From IMG/VR virus record IMGVR_UViG_3300016472_001092, positions 1-58,360 of that record: a stretch of DNA of 58,360 nucleotides; one strand, 5' to 3'. The stretch comes from a virus. Its lineage: Duplodnaviria > Caudoviricetes. Of the stretch, positions 37,887 through 48,058 are shown piece after piece. How positions within the stretch are numbered: the first letter of the stretch is position 1; each line of letters begins with the position of its first letter. Below the pieces are notes generated by a model. The model ran no database searches. It saw only the letters and a program-made list of their open reading frames with translations, and was not told where the DNA came from. The position numbers were made by a program, and so were the translations under genes.

Positions 37887-39083
37887 TCAACAAATGGCCG
37901 CTTTAACGTTTTTAATTTGGTTAAGAAATTTTTTTGATAGCTCTTGAGATGAGCTAATAGTTGCATTCAAATTTAATTCATCATCAACAATAACTAAACC
38001 ATAGTCCAGCATCGATTTTATTGATCTTAAAACATAATCTATCGTTTGAGATTTTTTTATAAAATTATGATCATCAGGCAATCTGATAATAACGTTATTG
38101 TTGCTTAAAGATTTGATTCTAGAAGTTAAAAGACTCTCTATTTCTTGATTTGAAGAAGATCTTTTTTCAATAAGATTTTTTATGTGAATGTTGACACTGT
38201 TTTTAGAATTTTTATTCTTTATTGTAAGTGAATCATTTATTATTGAAATTTCATCAACACAACCAGAAGATTTAAGAGACGTAGTGCTAATTAAATCTCC
38301 AGAATTTTCTGATATTGGTAAAACTCCACTAACTACACATATATCGACTATCGTATTAATTCCATTTAAATCAAAGTTAATAACAACAGGATAAACAAAC
38401 ATAGTTTTTCTATCCTTGTTAACTTTGATTGTATGCAAAACATCTTCGTGCATACCTCTAGTGATTAGAACAAGAGGATGTTTTGTTTCAACCACTTCTT
38501 CAAATAGTCGATTGATCTCTGATACTGATTCTATGTAACCATCAATACATAGAACACTTGGTTTTAAAAGTTTAATAGGTTGCAAACCTATGCTTTTATG
38601 CTTAAAACAATATCCGTCTATGATTTCTATTGACGTGGTTTTATTTGAACTTTTTTCTATTGTAATTTTCCCGCCAAATCCCGCTGCTTTAATTGCTTCA
38701 ATGCAAAGGTTTTGTAGGTTGTTGTCATTAACAAACTTTGAAACAATAAACCTTAAATCATCAAATCTAGGGTGGATTGTGTTATTGTTTTGTGAATGAT
38801 GTTTATTTTCAATAGTTGAAATAATTTTCCTTAAGGTTTCTTGAAAACCTCCTGGAGATATTTTTTCTGCAATGATACAATGATCTATTAAAACCTTATG
38901 GATCATTTCTTTTAATGAATCATTAAATGAATGATTTAAACAAACTTGTATGTGCGTTTGTAATACGCTTTTTTGTTTATTTTCTTTTAAAAAAAGATCA
39001 CTTGATGATGTGATAATTTTATCCATTTTAGATAAAACATCATTCAAGGCATCTTCAATCTCATCTCCTAAAAACACAGACAT
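37887..39083 (-). CDS. Divergent, shortened GroEL/Cpn60-like protein
   Basis: EAIKAAGFGGKITIEK...IEIIDGY.F...VLCIDGYIESVSEI..LFEEV....PLVLITRG...VLHTIKVN aligns by eye with the GroEL intermediate and apical domains; no GDGTTT motif. Confidence 0.72.
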   Translation of the reverse strand: MSVFLGDEIEDALNDVLSKMDKIITSSSDLFLKENKQKSVLQTHIQVCLNHSFNDSLKEMIHKVLIDHCIIAEKISPGGFQETLRKIISTIENKHHSQNNNTIHPRFDDLRFIVSKFVNDNNLQNLCIEAIKAAGFGGKITIEKSSNKTTSIEIIDGYCFKHKSIGLQPIKLLKPSVLCIDGYIESVSEINRLFEEVVETKHPLVLITRGMHEDVLHTIKVNKDRKTMFVYPVVINFDLNGINTIVDICVVSGVLPISENSGDLISTTSLKSSGCVDEISIINDSLTIKNKNSKNSVNIHIKNLIEKRSSSNQEIESLLTSRIKSLSNNNVIIRLPDDHNFIKKSQTIDYVLRSIKSMLDYGLVIVDDELNLNATISSSQELSKKFLNQIKNVKAAIC

Positions 39084-39116
39084 ACGAATTATCGTATATC
39101 ATAACTTGTACATAGT

Positions 39117-39752
39117 TCAAACTATTTTGACATGTCCAGAAAGATAATCATAAACAAGTTTGATTATCATACTGACAATCCCACCACCCATTGATACAAC
39201 AATCCATTTAATTGCTGCATTGTACTTTTTTATTGAATCATTTAAGTCGTTTAGTAGCTCATCATGTTGTTGAATTAATTTTGTTTGCTGGATCTCGTGA
39301 ACATCATCTTTTTCTGACATTTTTTCTTTTGATGTCTTCCAAATTTTAATTTCTTGTACGTCTTTTTCGATATGATTTAAAGTCTCTGGTGAAATAGAGG
39401 CGTTTTCGACGTTCTTTATCCTAGCATATAAACCCGTATCTGGTTCATAAAGAACATCGTGTATTTGATCAACTTTTTCTACTAGTTGGCCTTGAGAGTG
39501 TTCAATATTTTCAACTTTATAAAGTAAAGTTGTAAAACCACCATTCATTGCCGGCGCAGATAAAATTCGATCTTGCATTTCAAGTATTTGCTTATAATTG
39601 CTTTCTATGGCGCTTAGCGCTTGTCTAGAAATCATATCAATATCTTTTGCAGAAACGTTAGGTTCAACGTTTTCCGACGATTCTTGTGAGGTTATACGAC
39701 TTAACGATTTCTTATGAGAACTTTTTTTATTCGTTAAAGTTTTTTTAGACAT
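39117..39752 (-). CDS. Hypothetical coiled-coil protein with a C-terminal transmembrane helix
   Basis: WIVVSMGGGIVSMIIKLVY hydrophobic tail. Start re-called to ATG at 39752, with GAGG upstream. Confidence 0.65.
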   Translation of the reverse strand: MSKKTLTNKKSSHKKSLSRITSQESSENVEPNVSAKDIDMISRQALSAIESNYKQILEMQDRILSAPAMNGGFTTLLYKVENIEHSQGQLVEKVDQIHDVLYEPDTGLYARIKNVENASISPETLNHIEKDVQEIKIWKTSKEKMSEKDDVHEIQQTKLIQQHDELLNDLNDSIKKYNAAIKWIVVSMGGGIVSMIIKLVYDYLSGHVKIV

Positions 39753-39880
39753 ATACAACCTCAATAACAGTTACTATTATTAAAACAATCTAGAACTAAA
39801 TCTACTAGATCTAATAATAGTAAAGATCTTATTTAACTAATTCTAATTATTCTTTAATCTTAAAATTTAAGGGAACTAAA

Positions 39881-41821
39881 TTGACAAACTTCAATCAAAG
39901 CATGTTTGATTTTTACCAACCTCAAATATCACTACCAGAAGATGCACAAATAGTTTTTGTTGCTGACATATTTGCTGATTCATACACTGGTGGTGCTGAA
40001 TTAACAACTCAAGCGTTGATAGATGAGTGTCCATTACCATATGCAAAAATACATTCAAGAGATCTAACCCTAGAGTTGCTTAAACAGGGTGTTAATAAGT
40101 TTTGGATATTTGGTAACTTTGTACAACTAAATCCAGAACTTATACCAACGATAATTGGTAATTTGAAGTATTCAATACTAGAATATGATTACAAATATTG
40201 TAAGTTTAGATCCCCAGAAAAACATCAATCTATTGAAGGTATTGAGTGTAACTGTGAGGAACAGATCAATGGAAAAGTAATTTCAGCTTTTTATTATGGT
40301 TCTCGTGGAATATGGTGGATGTCAGAGGCCCAAAGGAACAGATATCATAAATTATTCCCGTTTTTATCTGAAAAAGATAATGTAGTTTTATCCAGCGTTT
40401 TTTCAAAAAATACTTTAGGTACAATCAAGCACCTTAGACAGCAGATAAAAAACAACTCAATTGAAAGAAAAGGATGGATCGTTTTAGGTTCAGATTCATG
40501 GATCAAGGGAGCTGAAGCTGCAGTTGATTGGTGCAAAAGCCAAGGAAAAGATTATGAAGTTGTTTGGAACATTTCTTACGATGAAATGTTAGCAAAACTA
40601 TCTGTGTCTGAAGGATTTGTGTATCTTCCTCTTGGCGCTGACACATGTCCAAGAATGGTAATTGAAGCTAAGCTTCTTGGTTGCAAATTGCACATTAATG
40701 ATAACGTACAACATTCAAATGAAGAGTGGTTTAACACCGATGATATATCTTCTATTGAAGAGTACTTGTTTTCAACTCCAGCACTATTCTGGAGTGGTAC
40801 TAAGTCTATGATGGAGTATAAACCAACGATAAGTGGTTATACTACAGTGCTCAATTGCATTAAACAGGATTATCCATTTGTGCAATCACTAGAATCAATG
40901 TTACAGTTTTGTGATGAGGTTTGTGTTGTTGACGGTGGATCAACTGATGGTACTTGGGAAAAATTGCTTGAACTTTCAAGCAAGGAATCAAAAATAAAAA
41001 TCAAACAGATACCAAGAGACTTTAATCATCCAAGATTTGCTGTTTTTGATGGAATGCAAAAAGCTGCAGCACGTGAAATGTGTACTTCAACGTTCTGTTG
41101 GCAAATGGATTCAGATGAAATCGTACATGAAGATGATGCAATTAAGATCATTGAAATATGTTCAAACTTTCCAGCAGGAATTGATTTAATATCTTTACCA
41201 GTTATCGAATACTGGGGTGGCCCAGAAAAAGTTAGATTGGATATCATGCCATGGAAATGGAGGTTGAGCAGAAATAAACCTAACATTACTCATGGAATTC
41301 CAGTCGAATTAAGAAAGTATGATGATCAAGGAAATTTATATGCTGATGAAGGTACTGATGGATGTGACGTTATTGACATAAACACCGGAGAAAGAATAAA
41401 TCATATAAGTTTTTATACGCCAGAAGCAGACTCAGCAAGAAGGTCAGCGTTGTTAGGAAATACAACTGCATTGTATTTTTATGGCGATTGGTTTAACAAT
41501 GTTGTTGAAAACATTCCATGTGTTTTTCATTATAGCTGGTACGATATTGAAAGAAAAATGAAACTTTATAAAGATTATTGGACAAAGCACTGGGAGTCTT
41601 TGACAGGAAAAGAATACAAAGATACCGCAGAATCAAATATGATGTTTGATGTTCCTTGGTCAAGCGTAACTGATCAAATGATAAAAGAAAAAGCAAAAGA
41701 ATTAAAATCAAAACTTGGAGGTTGGATATGGCACCAAAAATGGAATGGTTCAACTTTGACACCTCATTTAACAATCAATCGATCTCAACCAAAGCTAATG
41801 TTAGATAGGAAAGAAAAATGA
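39881..41821 (+). CDS. Two-domain glycosyltransferase (GT-B-like N-terminus + GT2 C-terminus)
   Basis: GGAELT, DTCPRMVIEAKLLG; DEVCVVDGGSTDGT and QMDSDE (DxD). Confidence 0.8.
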   Translation: MTNFNQSMFDFYQPQISLPEDAQIVFVADIFADSYTGGAELTTQALIDECPLPYAKIHSRDLTLELLKQGVNKFWIFGNFVQLNPELIPTIIGNLKYSILEYDYKYCKFRSPEKHQSIEGIECNCEEQINGKVISAFYYGSRGIWWMSEAQRNRYHKLFPFLSEKDNVVLSSVFSKNTLGTIKHLRQQIKNNSIERKGWIVLGSDSWIKGAEAAVDWCKSQGKDYEVVWNISYDEMLAKLSVSEGFVYLPLGADTCPRMVIEAKLLGCKLHINDNVQHSNEEWFNTDDISSIEEYLFSTPALFWSGTKSMMEYKPTISGYTTVLNCIKQDYPFVQSLESMLQFCDEVCVVDGGSTDGTWEKLLELSSKESKIKIKQIPRDFNHPRFAVFDGMQKAAAREMCTSTFCWQMDSDEIVHEDDAIKIIEICSNFPAGIDLISLPVIEYWGGPEKVRLDIMPWKWRLSRNKPNITHGIPVELRKYDDQGNLYADEGTDGCDVIDINTGERINHISFYTPEADSARRSALLGNTTALYFYGDWFNNVVENIPCVFHYSWYDIERKMKLYKDYWTKHWESLTGKEYKDTAESNMMFDVPWSSVTDQMIKEKAKELKSKLGGWIWHQKWNGSTLTPHLTINRSQPKLMLDRKEK

Positions 41822-42537
41822 AAGGAATCATACTTTCAGGAGGTGTTGGAAGTCGTTTATACCCACTAACTAAAGCGACTAATAAATCATTATTACCAAT
41901 TGCAGGCGTACCAATGATTTATAGAATGATAGATCTATTAACGTCATCTAACATAAAAGAAATTATGTTAATAACTGGAACTGAACACATGGGACAAACA
42001 GTCTCGCTTGTCGGTTCTGGTGTAGTAAAAAATTGTGAAATGACTTATAGGGTCCAGGATAAAGCAGACGGAATTGCCTCTGCTTTAAAACTATGTAAAA
42101 ACTTTTGTGAAAATGAAAAATTTGTTGTTTTACTTGGAGACAATATCTTTAGTGATCATCACTTTATTTCTGAAAAAGTAAAAGAATTTGAAAATTCATC
42201 AGATGATTATAGACTTTTTTCAAAATCAGTATCAGATCCTGAAAGATTTGGAGTACCTGTTTATGAAAATGGCAAAGTTATCGACATAGTAGAAAAACCT
42301 AAAACTCCTCCAAGCGATGAGGCAGTTGTTGGTTTATACTGTTATACCCCCGAGGCTTTCAACGTTATTGAGACATTAAAACCATCTCCAAGAGGTGAAT
42401 ATGAAATTAGTGATGTCAACTCTTGGTTTGTAAAAAACAGGCAAGGACAAGTTGTAAAGATAAATTGCGGTTGGGTAGATGCTGGGACACATGATTCATA
42501 TAGAAAAGCTAATGAAATGATCTGGAGTACTACATGA
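41818..42537 (+). CDS. rmlA: Glucose-1-phosphate thymidylyltransferase
   Basis: GIILSGGVGSRLYPLT...KSLLP, LGDNIF, RFGV, EKP, SPRGEYEISD and WVDAGT. Confidence 0.9.
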   Translation: MKGIILSGGVGSRLYPLTKATNKSLLPIAGVPMIYRMIDLLTSSNIKEIMLITGTEHMGQTVSLVGSGVVKNCEMTYRVQDKADGIASALKLCKNFCENEKFVVLLGDNIFSDHHFISEKVKEFENSSDDYRLFSKSVSDPERFGVPVYENGKVIDIVEKPKTPPSDEAVVGLYCYTPEAFNVIETLKPSPRGEYEISDVNSWFVKNRQGQVVKINCGWVDAGTHDSYRKANEMIWSTT

Positions 42538-43361
42538 AAGTTATCATAGGTTCAGGAAAAGTTTCAAACATTATAAAAAATACTGATGATATAGTCTTAT
42601 CACACTCTCAAATTGAAATAACTGATCAATCATCAGTTGACAATCAACTTTCAAAGTTGCCTGAAAATTCAATCGTTATTAACACTGCAGCAAAAATTAA
42701 TCTTGAATGGTGTCAAGAAAATAAAGAAGAAGCAAGATGGGTTAATGTTTTTGGAGCAGTTAACGTTGCAAAATCTTGTAAAAAATTTAATCATCACTTA
42801 GTTCACGTTAGTAGCGGTTGCATATTTGATGGAATGGAAACAGAAAAAATTTATGATGAAGAAGATAATCCAACTCCAGCTTCTTGGTATGCAGAAACAA
42901 AGGCTGAAGCGGATTTAAAAATACAATCATTAGGTTATGAAAAAGTTACTATTGTTAGACCAAGACAATTAATATCTGCAGTTCCAAATCCAACAAACAT
43001 GTTAACTAAGTTTATCTCATTAAAAAGAGGTAAATTTATTGATAGCAAAAATTCAATAACTTGTATTGAAGACATGAAAGAAATGATTGATCATCTAATC
43101 AACAATCATCATTATGGAATTTATAATCTTGCAAACATAGGATGGTCAAGTCCATATCAAGTTGCTTTAAAAATTAAAGAAAAAGTTTTCCAAGATTTTC
43201 TTGTAGAAAAGATTTCTTATGATGAATACCTTAAAAACTTAAACGTAAAAAGGGTCAACACTCTTCTTGACGTTTCAAAGCTGGTTTCTACAGGATATGT
43301 TCCAAAAACTGCAGATTCTGTAATTGAGTGGTGTTTAGAAAATTATGGAAAAGTGTCATGA
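42534..43361 (+). CDS. NDP-4-keto-6-deoxyglucose reductase; RmlD-like, resembling the bifunctional 3,5-epimerase/4-reductase (NRS/ER) type
   Basis: INTAA, HVSSGCIF, YAETK (YxxxK), NMLTKF, NSIT and GIYNLAN.G. Confidence 0.72.
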   Translation: MKVIIGSGKVSNIIKNTDDIVLSHSQIEITDQSSVDNQLSKLPENSIVINTAAKINLEWCQENKEEARWVNVFGAVNVAKSCKKFNHHLVHVSSGCIFDGMETEKIYDEEDNPTPASWYAETKAEADLKIQSLGYEKVTIVRPRQLISAVPNPTNMLTKFISLKRGKFIDSKNSITCIEDMKEMIDHLINNHHYGIYNLANIGWSSPYQVALKIKEKVFQDFLVEKISYDEYLKNLNVKRVNTLLDVSKLVSTGYVPKTADSVIEWCLENYGKVS

Positions 43362-44287
43362 AGATTTTAATGACAGGTGCAGCTGGATTTATTGGTGGTC
43401 ATGCTTATGATCATTTTGTTTCTAGCGGAGATGAAGTCTTAGTTGTTGATAAGTTAACATATGCTGCAAATGAATCAACAAAGAAAAAGATAAAAAACTT
43501 GGTAGAGATTGACATATCAGATGATAAACTGATACAAATAACTGAAAAATATCAACCAGATGTTATAGTAAATTTTGCAGCCGAAACTCACGTTGATAAT
43601 TCAATAAAAAATAGTCGTGATTTTGTTTTATCAAATGTTCTTGGTACAACAAACATTTTGGACATATGCAAAAAGTTATCTATAAAATTGTGTCATATTT
43701 CAACTGATGAAGTTTATGGGCCTGCAAATGATAAACCGTTTAGTGAAACAGATCAATTAAATCCCATGAACCCTTACTCTGCGACAAAAGCCTCAGCAGA
43801 TATGATGATCAAAGCTTATCATAACACACACAAAATTAATTATGTAATTGTTAGACCTTCAAACAATTATGGGCCCGAACAAAACAAAGAAAAGTTTATT
43901 CCTAAATTAATTGATTGCATTCAAAATGGAACAAAATTTCCTTTATATGGGAATGGAAATCAACAACGTGAATGGACTTACGCTGTTGATACAGCTACAA
44001 TGGTTCGTAACATAATTTTGTTAGAAAAGAAATGGGATTCAACCTATAACATTAGCTCAAATTTCATGTGTACCAACCTTGAGGTAATAGACAAGGTTTG
44101 TTCTATTCATGGAAAATTAAAAGGAACTAGCTTTAAATCTAAAGATATCATCAAAAACGTAGAAGATCGACCAGGACATGATAAAAAATACTGGATTTCT
44201 ACAAAAAAGATTGAATCTATTGTAAAGTTTAATTACACTGATTTTGAATCGGGACTAGAAAAAACAATAAAATCATATGTTAAATAA
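43358..44287 (+). CDS. rmlB: dTDP-glucose 4,6-dehydratase
   Basis: TGAAGFIG, DKLTYA, NFAAETHVDNSI, HISTDEVYG, PYSATKA, NNYGP.Q..EKFIP and DRPGHD. Start re-called to ATG at 43358. Confidence 0.92.
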   Translation: MKILMTGAAGFIGGHAYDHFVSSGDEVLVVDKLTYAANESTKKKIKNLVEIDISDDKLIQITEKYQPDVIVNFAAETHVDNSIKNSRDFVLSNVLGTTNILDICKKLSIKLCHISTDEVYGPANDKPFSETDQLNPMNPYSATKASADMMIKAYHNTHKINYVIVRPSNNYGPEQNKEKFIPKLIDCIQNGTKFPLYGNGNQQREWTYAVDTATMVRNIILLEKKWDSTYNISSNFMCTNLEVIDKVCSIHGKLKGTSFKSKDIIKNVEDRPGHDKKYWISTKKIESIVKFNYTDFESGLEKTIKSYVK

Positions 44288-45014
44288 CAAATTTGTTTTT
44301 GTAGCACCGATGTTTAATGCATCTGATACGTTACCAAGAATGTTACACTCAATCTGTGGTCAATCATATGAAAACTGGAAAATCATATTGATAGATGACG
44401 TTTCAAATGAACATCATAAAAATGAATCGATAAAAATATGTGATCAATTTAAAAAACTTCTAAACGGTAGATATGATGATAAAATCATCACTATTTGGAA
44501 TTCTGAAAAGAAATGGGAAGTTTCAAACGTACTTACTGGAATTTCAAAGTGTGAAGATGAAGATGTAATTTGTAGAATTGACGCTGATGATTGGCTAATT
44601 GATCTAGACGCATTAACAATAATCAACTCAGCATACCAACAAACTGGATGTGATATTTTATGGTCAGCTCATAGATGGGGATTTAGCGACAAAAATATCA
44701 GCGGACCAATGAATCAAAGTGTAGATCCCTATAAACATCCTTGGGTTTCAAGCCATTTAAAAACATTTAGAAAAAAGTTATTAAATGGTGTAAAAGACGA
44801 AAATTATCGAGGAGAAGATGGAAACTACATCCGCCGCGCCGGAGACCAAGCAATCTTTCTACCGGCTTTATACAATTCAAATAAAAGATTTTTCTTACCA
44901 AGAGTAATGTATCATTATACAATTGATGATATTCCAGAAACATATCAAACTAATGATGCTATATTTCAAAGAGATGAAGCTTTGTTTTTACGTGAAAGAG
45001 GATACGTCAAATGA
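44277..45014 (+). CDS. GT2 glycosyltransferase
   Basis: PMFNA, QSYENW..ILIDDVS and IDADDWL. Confidence 0.85.
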   Translation: MLNNKFVFVAPMFNASDTLPRMLHSICGQSYENWKIILIDDVSNEHHKNESIKICDQFKKLLNGRYDDKIITIWNSEKKWEVSNVLTGISKCEDEDVICRIDADDWLIDLDALTIINSAYQQTGCDILWSAHRWGFSDKNISGPMNQSVDPYKHPWVSSHLKTFRKKLLNGVKDENYRGEDGNYIRRAGDQAIFLPALYNSNKRFFLPRVMYHYTIDDIPETYQTNDAIFQRDEALFLRERGYVK

Positions 45015-45376
45015 TGCAAGGTGAAGCGCTACACGAATCAATTTCAAAGTTATTGACAGATAGATTGACAAGAAGGAAGGGAGAAAAACTTACTTCTTCT
45101 GTGTGCTCAGAGATCTATCAAGACATCTTCTTTTCTTTGTCTGAAGTAATGAAAGAATCTTCTGTTCCTCTTACAAATGAGTCTGTAAATTTTATCGCTC
45201 AGATGTACTATGATGCTGTAACAATCAACGGCGGTCAAGAACTAGACCCAAACATCTTTACTCAAAGAGCGAGTCTTTCAAACATTGAAACAAAAGAAGT
45301 CGCCCTCATGGCAATGATGTTTAATAAGACTCCATTTGCTGTTCCATTCATTTCTGAAGTCAAACGAAGATCATGA
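45011..45376 (+). CDS. Hypothetical protein
   Basis: 121-aa ORF with overlaps at both ends. Confidence 0.68.
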   Translation: MMQGEALHESISKLLTDRLTRRKGEKLTSSVCSEIYQDIFFSLSEVMKESSVPLTNESVNFIAQMYYDAVTINGGQELDPNIFTQRASLSNIETKEVALMAMMFNKTPFAVPFISEVKRRS

Positions 45377-46299
45377 AGATACACCTTGACAATGTCAACA
45401 TGGGTTCAACATCAGGACCCAATTCTTTTGCAAAGCGTTTAGCAATGGGATTGATAGAATCAGGACATGATGTCGAGTTATATGATGGAAGAAACGCAGA
45501 TGTTTCAATCGTCTTTATAGAACCATCTGGTCGACCGCTTGCAAATAAGGTGATTCAAAGGTTAGATGGAATTTGGTTTTCACCTTCAGAATTTGAGACT
45601 AAAAATTCAGCAATCAAAAAGTTGTATCACTTTGCAGATGGTGTGATATGGCAATCAGATTTTGATAGAGGAATGACTACAAAATGGTGGGGACAACCTA
45701 AATCAGGCGTTGTAATCAGAAATGGTATAAATGCACCCGAAATTAAAAAGTTCCAGATACCAGTATTAGAGCAACTAAGACAACAGTATGAAATGTTGTT
45801 TGTTTGTTCTGCAAACTGGCATCCACAAAAGAGATTGATGACTAACATCGAACTCTATAAACATTTAAGAACATTTTATTCTTCTGCAGCTTTGATTGTT
45901 TTAGGCTCAAATCCAACCAAGATCGCCGATCCTCATATCTTCTATGCTGGTTCTCAACCTCACGAGGTTTGTCTAGAAATATTCTCTGCATCTAACTGGA
46001 TGTTACATACAGCTTGGTTAGACCATTGTCCCAACACTGTTGTTGAAGCGTTGTCACAAGGAACGCCGGTAATTTGTTCTGAGCATGGTGGAACAAAAGA
46101 GTTGGTTCAAGAATATGGAATCATACTAAATGAAAAAAATGATTATAATTTTGAATTAACAGAATATGAAAACCCTCCTGATATTGATATAACTCAAATA
46201 ACAAATAAATTACCATTAAAAGAAACTTTAGACAAAACATTTGATGTTTCAATGAATAGAACATTGAAAGAATATTTGTCATTCTTAGAAAGAATTTAA
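45373..46299 (+). CDS. GT4-like glycosyltransferase
   Basis: GPNSF, IRNG and DHCPNTVVEALSQGTPVI..GGTKELV. Confidence 0.85.
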   Translation: MKIHLDNVNMGSTSGPNSFAKRLAMGLIESGHDVELYDGRNADVSIVFIEPSGRPLANKVIQRLDGIWFSPSEFETKNSAIKKLYHFADGVIWQSDFDRGMTTKWWGQPKSGVVIRNGINAPEIKKFQIPVLEQLRQQYEMLFVCSANWHPQKRLMTNIELYKHLRTFYSSAALIVLGSNPTKIADPHIFYAGSQPHEVCLEIFSASNWMLHTAWLDHCPNTVVEALSQGTPVICSEHGGTKELVQEYGIILNEKNDYNFELTEYENPPDIDITQITNKLPLKETLDKTFDVSMNRTLKEYLSFLERI

Positions 46300-47204
46300 T
46301 GATGAAAAAGGTCTATGTTTTCCCACCAGGCGAAGATTGGATTATAGACAGATTTGCACAAGAGTGGTACGAAGACAATCTTGATATAAGCACAAAAAAT
46401 CCAAACGAAGCTAGTGTCATTTGGTTATTTTCTGATTGGTGCTGGAAAAATATTTCAATAAACTTTTTAAAGACAAAAAAAGTTATAACGACTATTCATC
46501 ACATAGTTCCTGAAAAATTTACACAAAAAGAAATATTCGAATTTGAGCAAAGAGATTCAATAACTGCCTTATATCATGTACCCAATTACCATACAAAAGA
46601 TTTCATTAGCAAGTATACTGATAAAGAAATAGTCGTTATTCCTTATTGGGCTAACCAAAACATATGGAAAAAAACGGGAACAAAAAACTTTTTTAAAGAA
46701 AAGTACGATATACCAAAAGATCATTATATCATAGGATCTTTTCAAAGAGACACAGAGGGTCATGATTTAAAAAGTCCTAAATTAGAAAAAGGACCAGATC
46801 TATTGGCAGACTACTTAAAAGAACTAAAAAAAATTAAAAGTAATTTACACGTAGTTTTAGCTGGGTGGCGTAGGCAATATATCATAAGTAAATTAAATGA
46901 AATTGGCGTTTCTTTCACTTATTTAGAAAGACCGCCACAAAGTGTTGTTAATGAGCTTTATCAAACACTAGACATTTATCCGGTAACTTCAAGATACGAA
47001 GGTGGTCCTCAATCATTAATTGAGTGCGGATTATTAGAAGTACCAGTAATATCAAGAAAAATGGGAATGGCAGAGTATGTCTTGCCAGAAATTGCTATAA
47101 ACGATAACGTGCTAAATTGTGTACCAACAATACCAAAAGTTGAACACTTAGTATTACCTTATGGATACCATAAATACAGAGAGTTATTTAAAAGATTTTT
47201 ATGA
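46299..47204 (+). CDS. GT4-like glycosyltransferase
   Basis: KGPD and SRYEGGPQSLIEC...PVIS (ExxxxxxxE). Confidence 0.83.
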   Translation: MMKKVYVFPPGEDWIIDRFAQEWYEDNLDISTKNPNEASVIWLFSDWCWKNISINFLKTKKVITTIHHIVPEKFTQKEIFEFEQRDSITALYHVPNYHTKDFISKYTDKEIVVIPYWANQNIWKKTGTKNFFKEKYDIPKDHYIIGSFQRDTEGHDLKSPKLEKGPDLLADYLKELKKIKSNLHVVLAGWRRQYIISKLNEIGVSFTYLERPPQSVVNELYQTLDIYPVTSRYEGGPQSLIECGLLEVPVISRKMGMAEYVLPEIAINDNVLNCVPTIPKVEHLVLPYGYHKYRELFKRFL

Positions 47205-48058
47205 ACATAGTTTTAACTGGTCATAAAGGATTCATTGGTAGTCACTACTATAATCTGATAAAAAAAGATAATCAAGTATCTGCTTATGATTTGTTAGATG
47301 GTCAAGATTTATGTAATGAAAATCTAGTAAAGACTCTACCCGATTGTGATGTATTGGTGCATATGGCAGCAACTAATGGAACAAAACTTTTTTATGAAAA
47401 GCCAACTGAGGTTTCATTCAACAACACAATTCCAACTTTCAATCTTGTAAAAAGATACATTAACACAAAAACTAAATTTGTTTTTATTTCTACTTGTGAA
47501 ATCTTTAATGGAACAATAGATTCAAAAATCTATAATGTACCAACTGATGAACGAGTCCCAATTATGTTTGAAGACATCCTAAACCCAAGATGGAGTTATA
47601 GCATACCAAAAGCTTTAGGAGAAAACTTAATTGCTAATTGTGGATTAGATTGGCTAATCATTAGATATTTTAACATTTATGGACCGGGACAAAAGGATCA
47701 CTTTATTCCTGAGTTTGTTCATAGGATTTTAAATGGTGAGTATTATATTGTTGGAGATGACACTAGATCTTTTTGTTACATAGATGATGCAGTAAAAATG
47801 ACTCATGATTTGATTACTAGCTGTAAAGGTGAAATTGTTAATGTTGGAAACCAAGAAGAAGTAAAAGTTAGTGATGTTGCTAAAATTATAATGAAAATAA
47901 TGAAAGTAGACCCCAATAAGTTAAAAATTCTACCTAGTCCTACTGGTAGTGCAAAACGAAGGTGTCCTGACGTAAAAAAAATGTCAAACATCGTAGATAC
48001 AAAAAGTATTATTAATTTAGAGGAAGGATTAAGGCGTACAGTGGAGTCTTTAATATGA
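47201..48058 (+). CDS. NAD-dependent epimerase/dehydratase (extended SDR)
   Basis: TGHKGFIG, HMAA, YSIPK, RYFNIYGP, TRSFCYIDD and RRCPD. Confidence 0.87.
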   Translation: MNIVLTGHKGFIGSHYYNLIKKDNQVSAYDLLDGQDLCNENLVKTLPDCDVLVHMAATNGTKLFYEKPTEVSFNNTIPTFNLVKRYINTKTKFVFISTCEIFNGTIDSKIYNVPTDERVPIMFEDILNPRWSYSIPKALGENLIANCGLDWLIIRYFNIYGPGQKDHFIPEFVHRILNGEYYIVGDDTRSFCYIDDAVKMTHDLITSCKGEIVNVGNQEEVKVSDVAKIIMKIMKVDPNKLKILPSPTGSAKRRCPDVKKMSNIVDTKSIINLEEGLRRTVESLI

